Virus record (IMG/VR): IMGVR_UViG_3300020235_000173
Span: 1 to 40,533 of that record
Length of the DNA stretch: 40,533 bases
DNA from: a virus
Taxonomy: Duplodnaviria > Caudoviricetes
Direction: 5' to 3' (one strand)
Positions 18,101-24,862 of the stretch are shown one piece after another. The notes under the pieces are model-generated. The model was not told the origin of the DNA. It searched no databases and saw nothing but the letters and a program-made list of their open reading frames with translations. Position 1 is the stretch's first letter; every line of letters begins with the position of its first letter. A program made the position numbers and the translations under genes.

Positions 18101-20615
18101 GACCGCCTGCCTTGCTGATCTGGTCCTGCAATTCAAACAAGGCCTGAGTTCTTGCGGCAGCGTCTCCGCGCAGGTACTCGATGTAGGGAACGCCGTGCTT
18201 TCGCAGGGTCGCCCGTATCTCAGGGGCCGCATCGAACGGGATCACGGCGCCGGCAAACTCACTGAGCTTGACCGCGCGCTGCGGCTTGGCCTCAAAATAC
18301 GGCACCGGGTTTGCAATGGTGGCGGCTGCCGCATCGATCCCCTGTTGAATGATCTCGTCAGTGATTGGCCCAACATAACCGGCACGTTGCAGACCGCGGA
18401 TCATGGCCTCTGTGTCACTCAGGCCATCTTTGTTTTGAATCCAGAACAAAGTCGCTTCCCGAGCGGCGTCACTGGCATCAGAGAAAGACCGTAGAGTGCC
18501 CGCATCGTATGGCCACCACGGCTTTAGCGCGGTGATCCAGTCGAGCATCATTTTCTGCGAGACATCGCGGGCGGCCTGCACCTTTTCCGGCGTGTCGATC
18601 TGCTCCAGCGCACGGCGTCTGGCCTCATCGAGGTTCTTGATTCTGTTGGCGGCCTTGGCCCGCAGCAGGCCCTCGCTCGGCATCGTAGTCTCTGTGGCGC
18701 GCAGCTTGCCGCGCATCTTGCGCAGCACGTTTTCCATGGTGTAGGGATACCACCGGCTGCCGATCTTGATGCGCCCCTCACCCATGAGCCCATGCACCTT
18801 GGCATCGATCCAAGCCTTGAATTCGGACTCAGCGCCATGCCCCCAGATGCGCTCATCGAGATAGGTTTTAGTGTCAACATCATTGATCCGGGTGCTGCCC
18901 TTGAGTTTTACATCCCTTTGCAGGCGGTCGTAGGCTTGCAGAGTAAGGGTGCCATCGTCATTGATGATGCCGGCAATCGCTATAGACCGCTGAGTAAGCG
19001 CCCAGACCTTCTCGGCCCGCTCAATCTCACTCTCCGTGATGCGATCTTTGGCCCCGAGGCTGGTCGCCAAAGTGTGATGATGCTGTATCGCTTTCATCAC
19101 GGCGCGGCCAGCTCGTTGCATCAGCTTGATGCGCCGCGGGTCCTCAGAGTCCAGATTTTCAGCGCTCAGATCACCCTCAAAAAACTTGATGATCTGCGGT
19201 TGCCAGCCCCAGATATATCCGGGCTGCACATCATCGACGGTCGGCTCAGGGTCCTCGCCATAGCGCTCGTTGAGAAACCACGCTTTTGCTGAATTGTCGA
19301 AAAGCATGAAATCAACCAGTGCTTGAGCATTGGGCCGGCGGCGAGCGTATTCGATAATGAAATCGGGCAGGCCCACATACCGCGAGCCCTCGATCATCAG
19401 TGACCAGATAGCAGCCTCATCGGCCATCGCCCTGACATCCTCCAGCGAGGCCGGCTTGTGCTGCGCCCGCGGAGTCCTGACCGCGTAGGCATCGGCATCG
19501 AATAGCGGCACCTGCTGCGGATCACCAAGGTCCTCCTTGCCGATCAGGGTGATTTCACCAAAGGACGATAAAGCCTTGTCCGCGGGCAATACAGCAATCG
19601 ATGGCATCGCCAGGCCGCCGAACGAGTCGGCAAATGTCAGGTCACTCGCGGTCAGGTTATGCAGTGCCTGCAGCCTCGGGCCGGCGTCCGACTGGAACAG
19701 CTCTTGGCCAATGAAATGATTGGCCAGCACCGAATGAATGTCCTCGAGGCGTATCGCCTTCTGTGCCGTACCGCGCGCCAGCTCTGCAATTTTCGGCTGC
19801 AGGTAGGTCATCAGGTAGAACATATAATCCGTCAGCAGTACCTCTTTATCGAACGTGATCGCGAAATCATTCGGGCTCTGCCGCTCCCTGAATGGCATCC
19901 CGGCATTGACACCATGCCGCCTGATATACAGATCGCCCTTGCCCGTGGTTTTGAGTTTCCACGGCACTTTAACGTGGATATTCTGAGATAGTTTGCGAGG
20001 ATTTCGGCGCTCACCGTAAAAGATCGTTTTCTGGCGCTCATCGAGCAGGCGTGATCGAATCTCATGCTCAAGGGCCTGATTCAGCAGGGTGTGGGCGCGC
20101 TGCTGCATGGCTTCCCAACTGGCCATCAGCTCCGTAGGCGAACTGCCTTTGATAAAACCACCGACGCCCGCACCCATGAAAACCTCACGCCGCACCGGAT
20201 CAGCAAAGAACATCGCGGCCAGCGCTGCCTGTACTTCCTGCGGGTCATTGAGATCGACTGGAGGCTCACCCTCCGCATAGTTTTGGATGACTTCCTCGGT
20301 CGTCCCGATACGCTCCTGTTCCTCCGTTACCGCAGCCTTCTCCTGCTTGAGGTCCATTTGCTCCTGATGCAGCGTGGCGAGCATGCGCATTTGCAGCGCG
20401 GCCAATTCAGTAATCTTGTCCGAGCGGCGCTGCACGGTGCCACCAGCCAGCTCAATGATGTCAACAACAGACAAAACCTCTGCGATGGCCTCAGACAGGA
20501 TGTTACGCACGGCCGTCACATCGGGCGTTCCCTGTGCGACATCAAGAATGATCGTGGCCCGATCATCGGGCTTGATATCCGCTCGCAGCGTGTGAAAACA
20601 ATCCCTTAGCGTCAT
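12111..20615 (-). CDS. Giant polyvalent internal virion (ejection) protein, C-terminal part (~2834 aa)
   Basis: Start revised to ATG 20615. Contains zincin motif FLHESAH (15951-15965) with downstream HE, an EEMQSD domain, an HNL..GGL.MPSIA...YFEAKP domain, and a helical C-terminal region; last internal-protein gene before the fibres. Confidence 0.88.
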   Translation of the reverse strand: MTLRDCFHTLRADIKPDDRATIILDVAQGTPDVTAVRNILSEAIAEVLSVVDIIELAGGTVQRRSDKITELAALQMRMLATLHQEQMDLKQEKAAVTEEQERIGTTEEVIQNYAEGEPPVDLNDPQEVQAALAAMFFADPVRREVFMGAGVGGFIKGSSPTELMASWEAMQQRAHTLLNQALEHEIRSRLLDERQKTIFYGERRNPRKLSQNIHVKVPWKLKTTGKGDLYIRRHGVNAGMPFRERQSPNDFAITFDKEVLLTDYMFYLMTYLQPKIAELARGTAQKAIRLEDIHSVLANHFIGQELFQSDAGPRLQALHNLTASDLTFADSFGGLAMPSIAVLPADKALSSFGEITLIGKEDLGDPQQVPLFDADAYAVRTPRAQHKPASLEDVRAMADEAAIWSLMIEGSRYVGLPDFIIEYARRRPNAQALVDFMLFDNSAKAWFLNERYGEDPEPTVDDVQPGYIWGWQPQIIKFFEGDLSAENLDSEDPRRIKLMQRAGRAVMKAIQHHHTLATSLGAKDRITESEIERAEKVWALTQRSIAIAGIINDDGTLTLQAYDRLQRDVKLKGSTRINDVDTKTYLDERIWGHGAESEFKAWIDAKVHGLMGEGRIKIGSRWYPYTMENVLRKMRGKLRATETTMPSEGLLRAKAANRIKNLDEARRRALEQIDTPEKVQAARDVSQKMMLDWITALKPWWPYDAGTLRSFSDASDAAREATLFWIQNKDGLSDTEAMIRGLQRAGYVGPITDEIIQQGIDAAAATIANPVPYFEAKPQRAVKLSEFAGAVIPFDAAPEIRATLRKHGVPYIEYLRGDAAARTQALFELQDQISKAGGRTLFQSEIGFTSGLLNAARSLPQEKGTAEQMLSMLKKMPGVKKRELEWIGVPQWMAAKGTVTRDNLINFIESGGLRVEEITLGEVSGKIIRPVDVKAAWESGRFSHIQLMVAEMSDQQAELVKTGNATDITFEMLTDQQVHGFMATLQGEHGTTIGRFGTPEEQAAARMRVDVATAAVSSGQFTMASPEGRAAILEMREAHDAIRTIIPGWGYSDLGDGTYLIRGPEASTWQLAGGKNYREVILKMPTISTPAYDAAKLSVIAAYNDLPKDQKGMLDEHFSASLRPVAGAFLRAFEQFDVIAADFGAAGLGGAPIQRAYELLSALRNESASEFESHVFRDYKNIIAWFRVNDRTGPNGERILFIEEMQSDFDKLARKNGIRNLLAIELMTERLVELNAQSQDLASQRDPITDHILNEPMWHRNRTEADFIARQLAHEENKAPPFAFGGAAWMELVMKRLIRIAAEQGYDQIAWTTGEQQANRYDLRKVVQTISAVGRLTADGADAGRSVSFKMYNNRLMSIGVARDGTIENIERGSPEYWKGKQLEDLIGERLAKQILEADYSQEITDDNLMVGGEGMADFYDDMLINVTNRVARSLDKKARVKKFGGLIEHPDAGHWQITDKRNGWKGQYKTKKAAQKAMNQGGVINFELEYFDALARVEVHALDISDEMKQTALLGLTYFQDKHRASITFDEQGRGIIRMAKARDLSSFLHESAHLWLNIMGDLAERPEAPQKTIDDYAKILKYIGVTRRSEITAKEHEIWAKSQEAYYQEGVAPTHELQPLFSAFSVWLVKIYKHILNYYDGIVLTDEIRGVMDRMVATDEAITNAEAQQGFRPIFSTAAAANMTPEAFEVYRENTEQAHQEAVDQEHRKQLAYVTRQAQAWWQSERDKIEEQVTAEVHGMPVYIALAMLQRGQLPDGSPALSPAPFKISKVSLLRAAAGSQEFLARFPGRGRSAIYSVKGGVDVDVAAGVFGYADAQDMLQALVTARPMDELIQFETDRLMEERFPDPMTDGTLAADALISVHNDKRAQVLAAEMRALRRLQRKDQKIVGAERRAAAREVTEGKAAAKALLPTRVELSIIKKLAQSFMSKLKIREINPNKYRLAEQKAGRRAWAAIEKQDWATAYDEKATQIRNHEAFRAAIRAKEETSRIQKYLRGLEKPVTQRRLGKAGLLDPILAIIEGIDLRRRSLAEVDRNTALQEVAEMVHAGHISMNGEQAGKLFRVVVDDLGNEQVILNEGFGINWQELTVQEFREMRDIVMQLENMPKRSEMAMVNGEEVVLAEVETEIAESVKANNVVVDFGVAEETGKKSFGESIREGVYHSLSVGAISRILDGNAWGALTRLLAIPIRRAYAEKLIPMIHQYQEDVAALYTKHYSNPELADIEKKKTIEGFSEKLSRSDVLSIGLNWGSDTNRAALLGGVRKDIDGNIVGNAFPQAEVMAALATLDARDWLFIQDMWDYLDTYWFDQKDDSGKVIREGLATVEKRRRGVAPQKIEPLPFTINTVDNQEITVKGGYYHLWYNPKFGDKVKADDLNEVARKMGQGLYVSSSTRAGSTYNRVRNHGRVVRLGLGGIDQHLRETIRDIAIGDEINYIMRLLNSEKVRRAFTFTNNEVALKELVLWATDAAVGELPASNIWEKMAGWTRVGFTKSKLAFSITVTLLQITGAFQSMAFIGKKNFMMGFGKFLQNPVGHYNWVMANSKFMHTRYGVMQTYSVEVADSQAFMKSIFGPIPTQFSRNFKLFSSKYFWMIAKAQSLVDVWTWMGAYWNGRNNMALSEVDSRLFADSQVEGAQTSGIWADRSGIERGTLGNRTRQSQYVRLWTTLISYMIRKQGLAYESTQKYKRSDRTIGDAANLAIDYVMLFMVEGIASQLVYGNWPEGDDEEKMDAYNVAAWVGLATLDSMIAGIPFLREISTARYGSGNTPIGSLMKDVFDVIMQVKQGELDEQAITTTISALGTALHLPSSQVNRAIEAYMAEDAAWYEYLIGRRR

Positions 20616-20616
20616 G

Positions 20617-23073
20617 TCAGTCCAAATCGTCAAATATCGCAGTGGCGGCGGCGATGACTATAGCAAGGATTTCCTCATCCTCGATCTCGAGGCGCTTGCG
20701 AATCGGGTCCTCGCGGGCGTAGTCATGCACGGTCGATCCGGGCACCACCAAGCCAACAATGATGGCGTTACCGGTAGAGAACGGTTTGCTGATCGACGGT
20801 GAGCCACTGGCCGTGTGAGTTTGTGGAACAAAGGCCACGCCAGTCGATGTTGGCTTAGTGATCGATGGAGCACCGCTGGCCTTGATCGTGTGAATGGCCG
20901 CGCCGCTCGATGTTGGCTTGGTGATCGAGGGCGAGCCAGCGGCGATCCGCTTGGTGATTGCACTGCCAGCCGCTATCAGCTTGCTGATCGATGGCGCGCC
21001 GCTGGCGGTTATCTTGACCGATGCCAGAGCCTCGCCGGTAGATGTTGGCTTGGTGATCGAGGGCGCACCACTGGCGAATCGCTTGACTGTAGCGCTACCG
21101 GTCGAGGTCGGCTTGGTGATCGAGGGCGCACCGGTAGCCGTGACGATACGGCGAGCTGTGCCGGCTGATACCGGCTTGGTGATCGAGGGCGCGCCGCTGG
21201 CGATCCGCTTAGTGATGGCCGAGCCGGCCGCTATTATCTGGTTGATCGAGGGCGCGCCGGTAGCTGTGACCTTGCGGGTAGCCTCTCCAGCCGATACCGG
21301 CTTGGTGATTGAGGGTGCGCCGCTGGCCTCATGCTTGATGCGAACCAGAGCCTCGCCTGCCGATACTGGCTTGGTGATCGATGGTGTACCGCTGGCGAAT
21401 CGCTTGACCGTAGCCTCGCCAGCCGATACTGGCTTGGTAATAGACGGTGCGCCGCTGGCAATCCGCTTGGCGATGGCTGAGCCTGCCGATACTGGCTTGG
21501 TAATCGATGGCGCGCCGCTGGCCGTGTGTGCGCCTACATGAACCGCCACACCGGTTGCGGTCGGCTTGGTGATTGCCGGGGCGCCAGTGGCCGTTATCTT
21601 GCGAATGGCGCTGCCGGCCGATACTGGCTTGGTAATTGATGGAGCACCGCTGGCCGTGACCCTGCGCGTGGCCTCGCCGGCAGACACCGGTTTGCTGATC
21701 GAGGGCGCACCGCTGGCTATGTGTACGCCTACATGAACTGCCTCGCCAGTCGAGGTCGGCTTGGTGATTGCCGGGGCGCCGGTAGCGGTGATCTTGCGAA
21801 TTGCACTACCGGTCGAGGTCGGCTTGCTGATCGAGGGCGCACCGGTAGCAGTGATCTTGCGGATCGCTGAGCCGGTCGAGGTCGGCTTGCTGATCGAGGG
21901 TGCGCCGCTGGCCGTATGGGTAACGCCGCTTACAGCCTTGAGATCGATGACCTGAAATGTCCGCTGCCGAGCGGTATCGGTGTCTGGTGTGGCTGCGCGA
22001 ATCTTCCATTGCAGCGACATGGCGGTGCTGCCGCTTTCGCCGGTAACAGCCCGCGCCATCAGCAGCGATTCGGCCCGGTCTGCCGCGTCGGTCCACACCG
22101 ATACCTCTGCGCCTTCCAGGGAGCCGCCGATGGACAAACGGTTGTCGCTGGTTTCGTCGGAGCCGGCGCCGATGGTGTAGTTCGCCAGCACCAGCGCTAT
22201 GCTGTCAGTCGAATCAATGACCGGTGTGCCGCTCATATCGGCTATGTCGGTATAGCCTGCCGCTGCGGAGTCAGCACTAACTGATTCCAGATCGACCAGC
22301 AGATCGAAGTCCTCAGTTATCTCAATGACTTGGAAAACCCGTGGCCGCGCCGTATCCATGATCGGCGTGTCAAGGCTACGTTCCCACTGGACCGAAAAGG
22401 TATGGCTGGCTGCCGAAACTCCGGTGACACCCCACGCCATCATGACGCCGGTTGTCTCGTCCACGTTATCCATCACGTTGGTCATGTTCGGGCCATCGCG
22501 TGTGCCGTCGATTGCGAAGCGATGATCCGAAACCTTCTGCCCGGTTTGACCAAGTATTTGACTGCCGTGAATGAATAGCAGCAACGCGCCGGCTGCCGGC
22601 GTTTGCGCCTGCGACAGGTTGGCCATGTTGGCAAAACTCGCAGGCGCGCTATCGCTTGATGACGTTTCAAGATCAACCAGAATCGACGCACCGGACTCGA
22701 TCTCTACGATCTGGAAGGTGCGCGGGAAGGCCGTATCAATGACCGCGGTGCCGGATCGGTTGACCGCTTGCACCGCGAAGGTATGACTGCCGGCCGACAG
22801 CCCGGTGAGCGCGAACATAAGCGTTCGCCCGGTGCCCTCGTCGGTGGCATCGGCAAAGGCACTGACTACCGGGCCGACGCGAGCGCCATCGTGCGTAAAG
22901 CGGTATTCGGCACACTCATCCCCGGACATTTCCGGGTTGAGCGACATCATCAGGATGACCACACTGCCGGTGCCGGCAATGGTCACGGTAGCCGACATAT
23001 CAGCAATGTCGGCAAACGAACCGGTGACTGTATACGCCGAGGAAAGCGTCAGATCAGTGAGCAGATTAGTCAT
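20617..23073 (-). CDS. 818-aa repeat-rich structural/adhesin protein
   Basis: Three tandem ~125-aa beta-sandwich units ending R(T/V)FQ(I/V)(V/I)(E/D), then 18 repeats of 21-23 aa, then an acidic-hydrophobic tail EDEEILAIVIAAA. Confidence 0.8.
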   Translation of the reverse strand: MTNLLTDLTLSSAYTVTGSFADIADMSATVTIAGTGSVVILMMSLNPEMSGDECAEYRFTHDGARVGPVVSAFADATDEGTGRTLMFALTGLSAGSHTFAVQAVNRSGTAVIDTAFPRTFQIVEIESGASILVDLETSSSDSAPASFANMANLSQAQTPAAGALLLFIHGSQILGQTGQKVSDHRFAIDGTRDGPNMTNVMDNVDETTGVMMAWGVTGVSAASHTFSVQWERSLDTPIMDTARPRVFQVIEITEDFDLLVDLESVSADSAAAGYTDIADMSGTPVIDSTDSIALVLANYTIGAGSDETSDNRLSIGGSLEGAEVSVWTDAADRAESLLMARAVTGESGSTAMSLQWKIRAATPDTDTARQRTFQVIDLKAVSGVTHTASGAPSISKPTSTGSAIRKITATGAPSISKPTSTGSAIRKITATGAPAITKPTSTGEAVHVGVHIASGAPSISKPVSAGEATRRVTASGAPSITKPVSAGSAIRKITATGAPAITKPTATGVAVHVGAHTASGAPSITKPVSAGSAIAKRIASGAPSITKPVSAGEATVKRFASGTPSITKPVSAGEALVRIKHEASGAPSITKPVSAGEATRKVTATGAPSINQIIAAGSAITKRIASGAPSITKPVSAGTARRIVTATGAPSITKPTSTGSATVKRFASGAPSITKPTSTGEALASVKITASGAPSISKLIAAGSAITKRIAAGSPSITKPTSSGAAIHTIKASGAPSITKPTSTGVAFVPQTHTASGSPSISKPFSTGNAIIVGLVVPGSTVHDYAREDPIRKRLEIEDEEILAIVIAAATAIFDDLD
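20760..21915 (-). repeat. Coding tandem repeat, 18 units of 63-69 bp
   Basis: Protein consensus xA(S/T)GAPSI(T/S)KP(T/V)S(T/A)GxAxxxx; recurring GGCTTGGTGATCGAGGGCGC on the plus strand. Confidence 0.92.
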
Positions 23074-23108
23074 TGATCTGACCTTGAGTTAAATGGCCAA
23101 GCGCGCCC

Positions 23109-23612
23109 CTAAATGTCTGCGTCTCGATTCGCACGGATGACTACTCTCGCAAGTGTGCTCACGTAAGTCCTGAACTGCGCGTCGGTCATGGTGCTGATAT
23201 TCGGATGGTTAAGCTCCAGCGCGGCATAATCAAGAACGTCCTGTCTGTCCCGGTCCTGACCGGCAGTGTGCTGCGTGGCGTCATGAGAACTCAGCAGTGC
23301 ATCGAGGATAGCGCCCTGCGGTCCAGTCAGGGCGGTGGCGAATTCAAACCGCAGCTCGCCCGGTTGTGCAATGTCCTGAGTGCCAGCGACCTTGTCCTCG
23401 GTGATAACCTTGGGGCCCGGCGCCGGCTCGCCAACAAATCGAGTTTTCTTGACAAAGCCGGCCAGGTCGATGGTTTGAAATGGCAATGCGGAAGCATCCA
23501 GCTCCTCGCGGATCAGGTCACGGTTAAAGTCCTTTAGGACCGTTCTGACTTCAGATGCCATATCAGTGACCTCCACGGTCACATTCGTTACTGGACCCGG
23601 AGGATCGGCCAA
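23109..23612 (-). CDS. Hypothetical structural/chaperone-like protein (TTG 23612 or ATG 23561)
   Basis: GGAGGT precedes ATG 23561, but the 17 upstream codons encode the conserved DPPGPVTNVTVEV peptide. Confidence 0.7.
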   Translation of the reverse strand: MADPPGPVTNVTVEVTDMASEVRTVLKDFNRDLIREELDASALPFQTIDLAGFVKKTRFVGEPAPGPKVITEDKVAGTQDIAQPGELRFEFATALTGPQGAILDALLSSHDATQHTAGQDRDRQDVLDYAALELNHPNISTMTDAQFRTYVSTLARVVIRANRDADI

Positions 23613-23987
23613 TCAGGCCGGTACAGTGATCGAGAAGGATGTCAGCTCAATGGTATCTCCACCTGCAATCACCAGCGATGTGATGTTGATATCGCCACCA
23701 GAGACCAGCACTACGCCCTCAAGCTGCTTCTGGCCATCGCGGTCGAAGATCGAAAACTGCGCAATGGTGCCGGCAGTCGCACTGGCATCCTCGAGCGGCG
23801 TACCCTGCAGCGTGATAACACCTGTGGCTGCTGCGCCAAAGGCGGGATTCTGAAAATCGATGGTTGCGACTTCGGCATCTGCGGAAGTCTCAAATTTCAG
23901 ATTGGAGGTTCCTGCGCCGGTATTGACCGAATCATCTATCGAATTGGCCAGATCGTCTCGCAGCACCGTTTCAAGTGTGAGCGCCAT
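23613..23987 (-). CDS. 124-aa beta-rich virion structural protein
   Basis: Pattern R......I.......L.....F.AA..G.......DASA..GT...F.I......L.G.V...GGD......I..G..I..TSF.IT.P, which I recognise from small phage appendage/tail proteins; AAGGAG RBS. Confidence 0.75.
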   Translation of the reverse strand: MALTLETVLRDDLANSIDDSVNTGAGTSNLKFETSADAEVATIDFQNPAFGAAATGVITLQGTPLEDASATAGTIAQFSIFDRDGQKQLEGVVLVSGGDINITSLVIAGGDTIELTSFSITVPA

Positions 23988-23990
23988 TTC

Positions 23991-24221
23991 TTACTCCTTG
24001 GCTGTTGATTTGTCGTCCGTTACAGCGGCTGCCTCGTCCGCTTCGGCACTAACGATCAGCTTCAATGCCCGCCCGTACTGGCCATTGAAACTGGTCAGTT
24101 CGCCCTTGACCGCGGCGAATTTGGCCCGAGCTGCTTGGAACTTGGCCTGTTCCTTCTCAAAGGCGCTTTGCAGCTTAGCCTGCTCCTTGCGAAGTCCGTC
24201 AAAATCTGGTGAATCAGTCAT
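23991..24221 (-). CDS. 76-aa coiled-coil protein
   Basis: KEQAK repeated twice; AAGGAG RBS; TGATG coupling. Confidence 0.7.
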   Translation of the reverse strand: MTDSPDFDGLRKEQAKLQSAFEKEQAKFQAARAKFAAVKGELTSFNGQYGRALKLIVSAEADEAAAVTDDKSTAKE

Positions 24222-24439
24222 CAGTGTGCTCCTTGGCCTGTGGCCTTATCCAATTCGTGGTAATCACCCGGCACCGCTGCCTCATCGTAGCGAATACTGC
24301 CATCAGGTTTGCGCACGACAGCAGTGCCTTTGAACTCCATTCCCGGCTGATTCAGCAGGGTAGCCAGCTCATCTGGGTCCATAGCCTTAATCTGCTCGAG
24401 CGTGAATGTTTTCTTGATAATTTTCGATGCTGTGTCCAT
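24221..24439 (-). CDS. 72-aa hypothetical protein
   Basis: Abuts both neighbours; beta-hairpin-like FKGTAVVRKPDGSIRY. Confidence 0.65.
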   Translation of the reverse strand: MDTASKIIKKTFTLEQIKAMDPDELATLLNQPGMEFKGTAVVRKPDGSIRYDEAAVPGDYHELDKATGQGAH

Positions 24440-24862
24440 TTAGGTCCCCACTGGTCGTGCAATGATTTTCTCGGTAAATCCGGTGCGCCGGTCGCGCTGA
24501 ATATCGAACTCCCACGACCGCTCACGCCGCATGGTGTTCTTGGCGATGGTGGTCAGCAGGGTGCGCGTCTCGTCGCTGTGTTCAGCCGGCGCCGGTGGCT
24601 CCCTTTCGACCACCGCCCTGAGCGCCTGCATATTCTCGATCAGGGCAGCCATCTGCTCCCCGTGCTGAGCCATATCGCCGCCCTCGTACTCACCGTCACC
24701 CTCAGTACGAGCGTTCCTATGTGTGATCGCATCACACAGTTTATCCATTTTCTCGAGCAGCTCATCGAACCCGGCAATGGTCCTCGGGCCCCTGCTGCTG
24801 TTGAATTCCTCGTCATCGAGGAGCAGTGTGAGCAGTTCCCTTGCTTTAATCTCAGGCGGCAT
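24440..24862 (-). CDS. 140-aa hypothetical protein with C-terminal WEFDIQRD..TG hairpin
   Basis: GGAG RBS; overlaps the end of the 838-aa gene; helical region followed by a terminal beta-hairpin. Confidence 0.7.
   Translation of the reverse strand: MPPEIKARELLTLLLDDEEFNSSRGPRTIAGFDELLEKMDKLCDAITHRNARTEGDGEYEGGDMAQHGEQMAALIENMQALRAVVEREPPAPAEHSDETRTLLTTIAKNTMRRERSWEFDIQRDRRTGFTEKIIARPVGT

Noticed and set aside
20760-21915. CRISPR-like array of regularly spaced repeats
   Set aside because: Units are degenerate at third codon positions, have no unique spacers and lie in frame within an 818-aa ORF.
23109-24862. Genome-wide stop-codon reassignment suggested by several in-frame neighbouring ORFs (also 36188/36184 and 3748/3749)
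   Set aside because: Large conserved genes are intact under the standard code, the stops involved differ (TAA and TGA), and most downstream ORFs have their own RBS; tight packing explains it.
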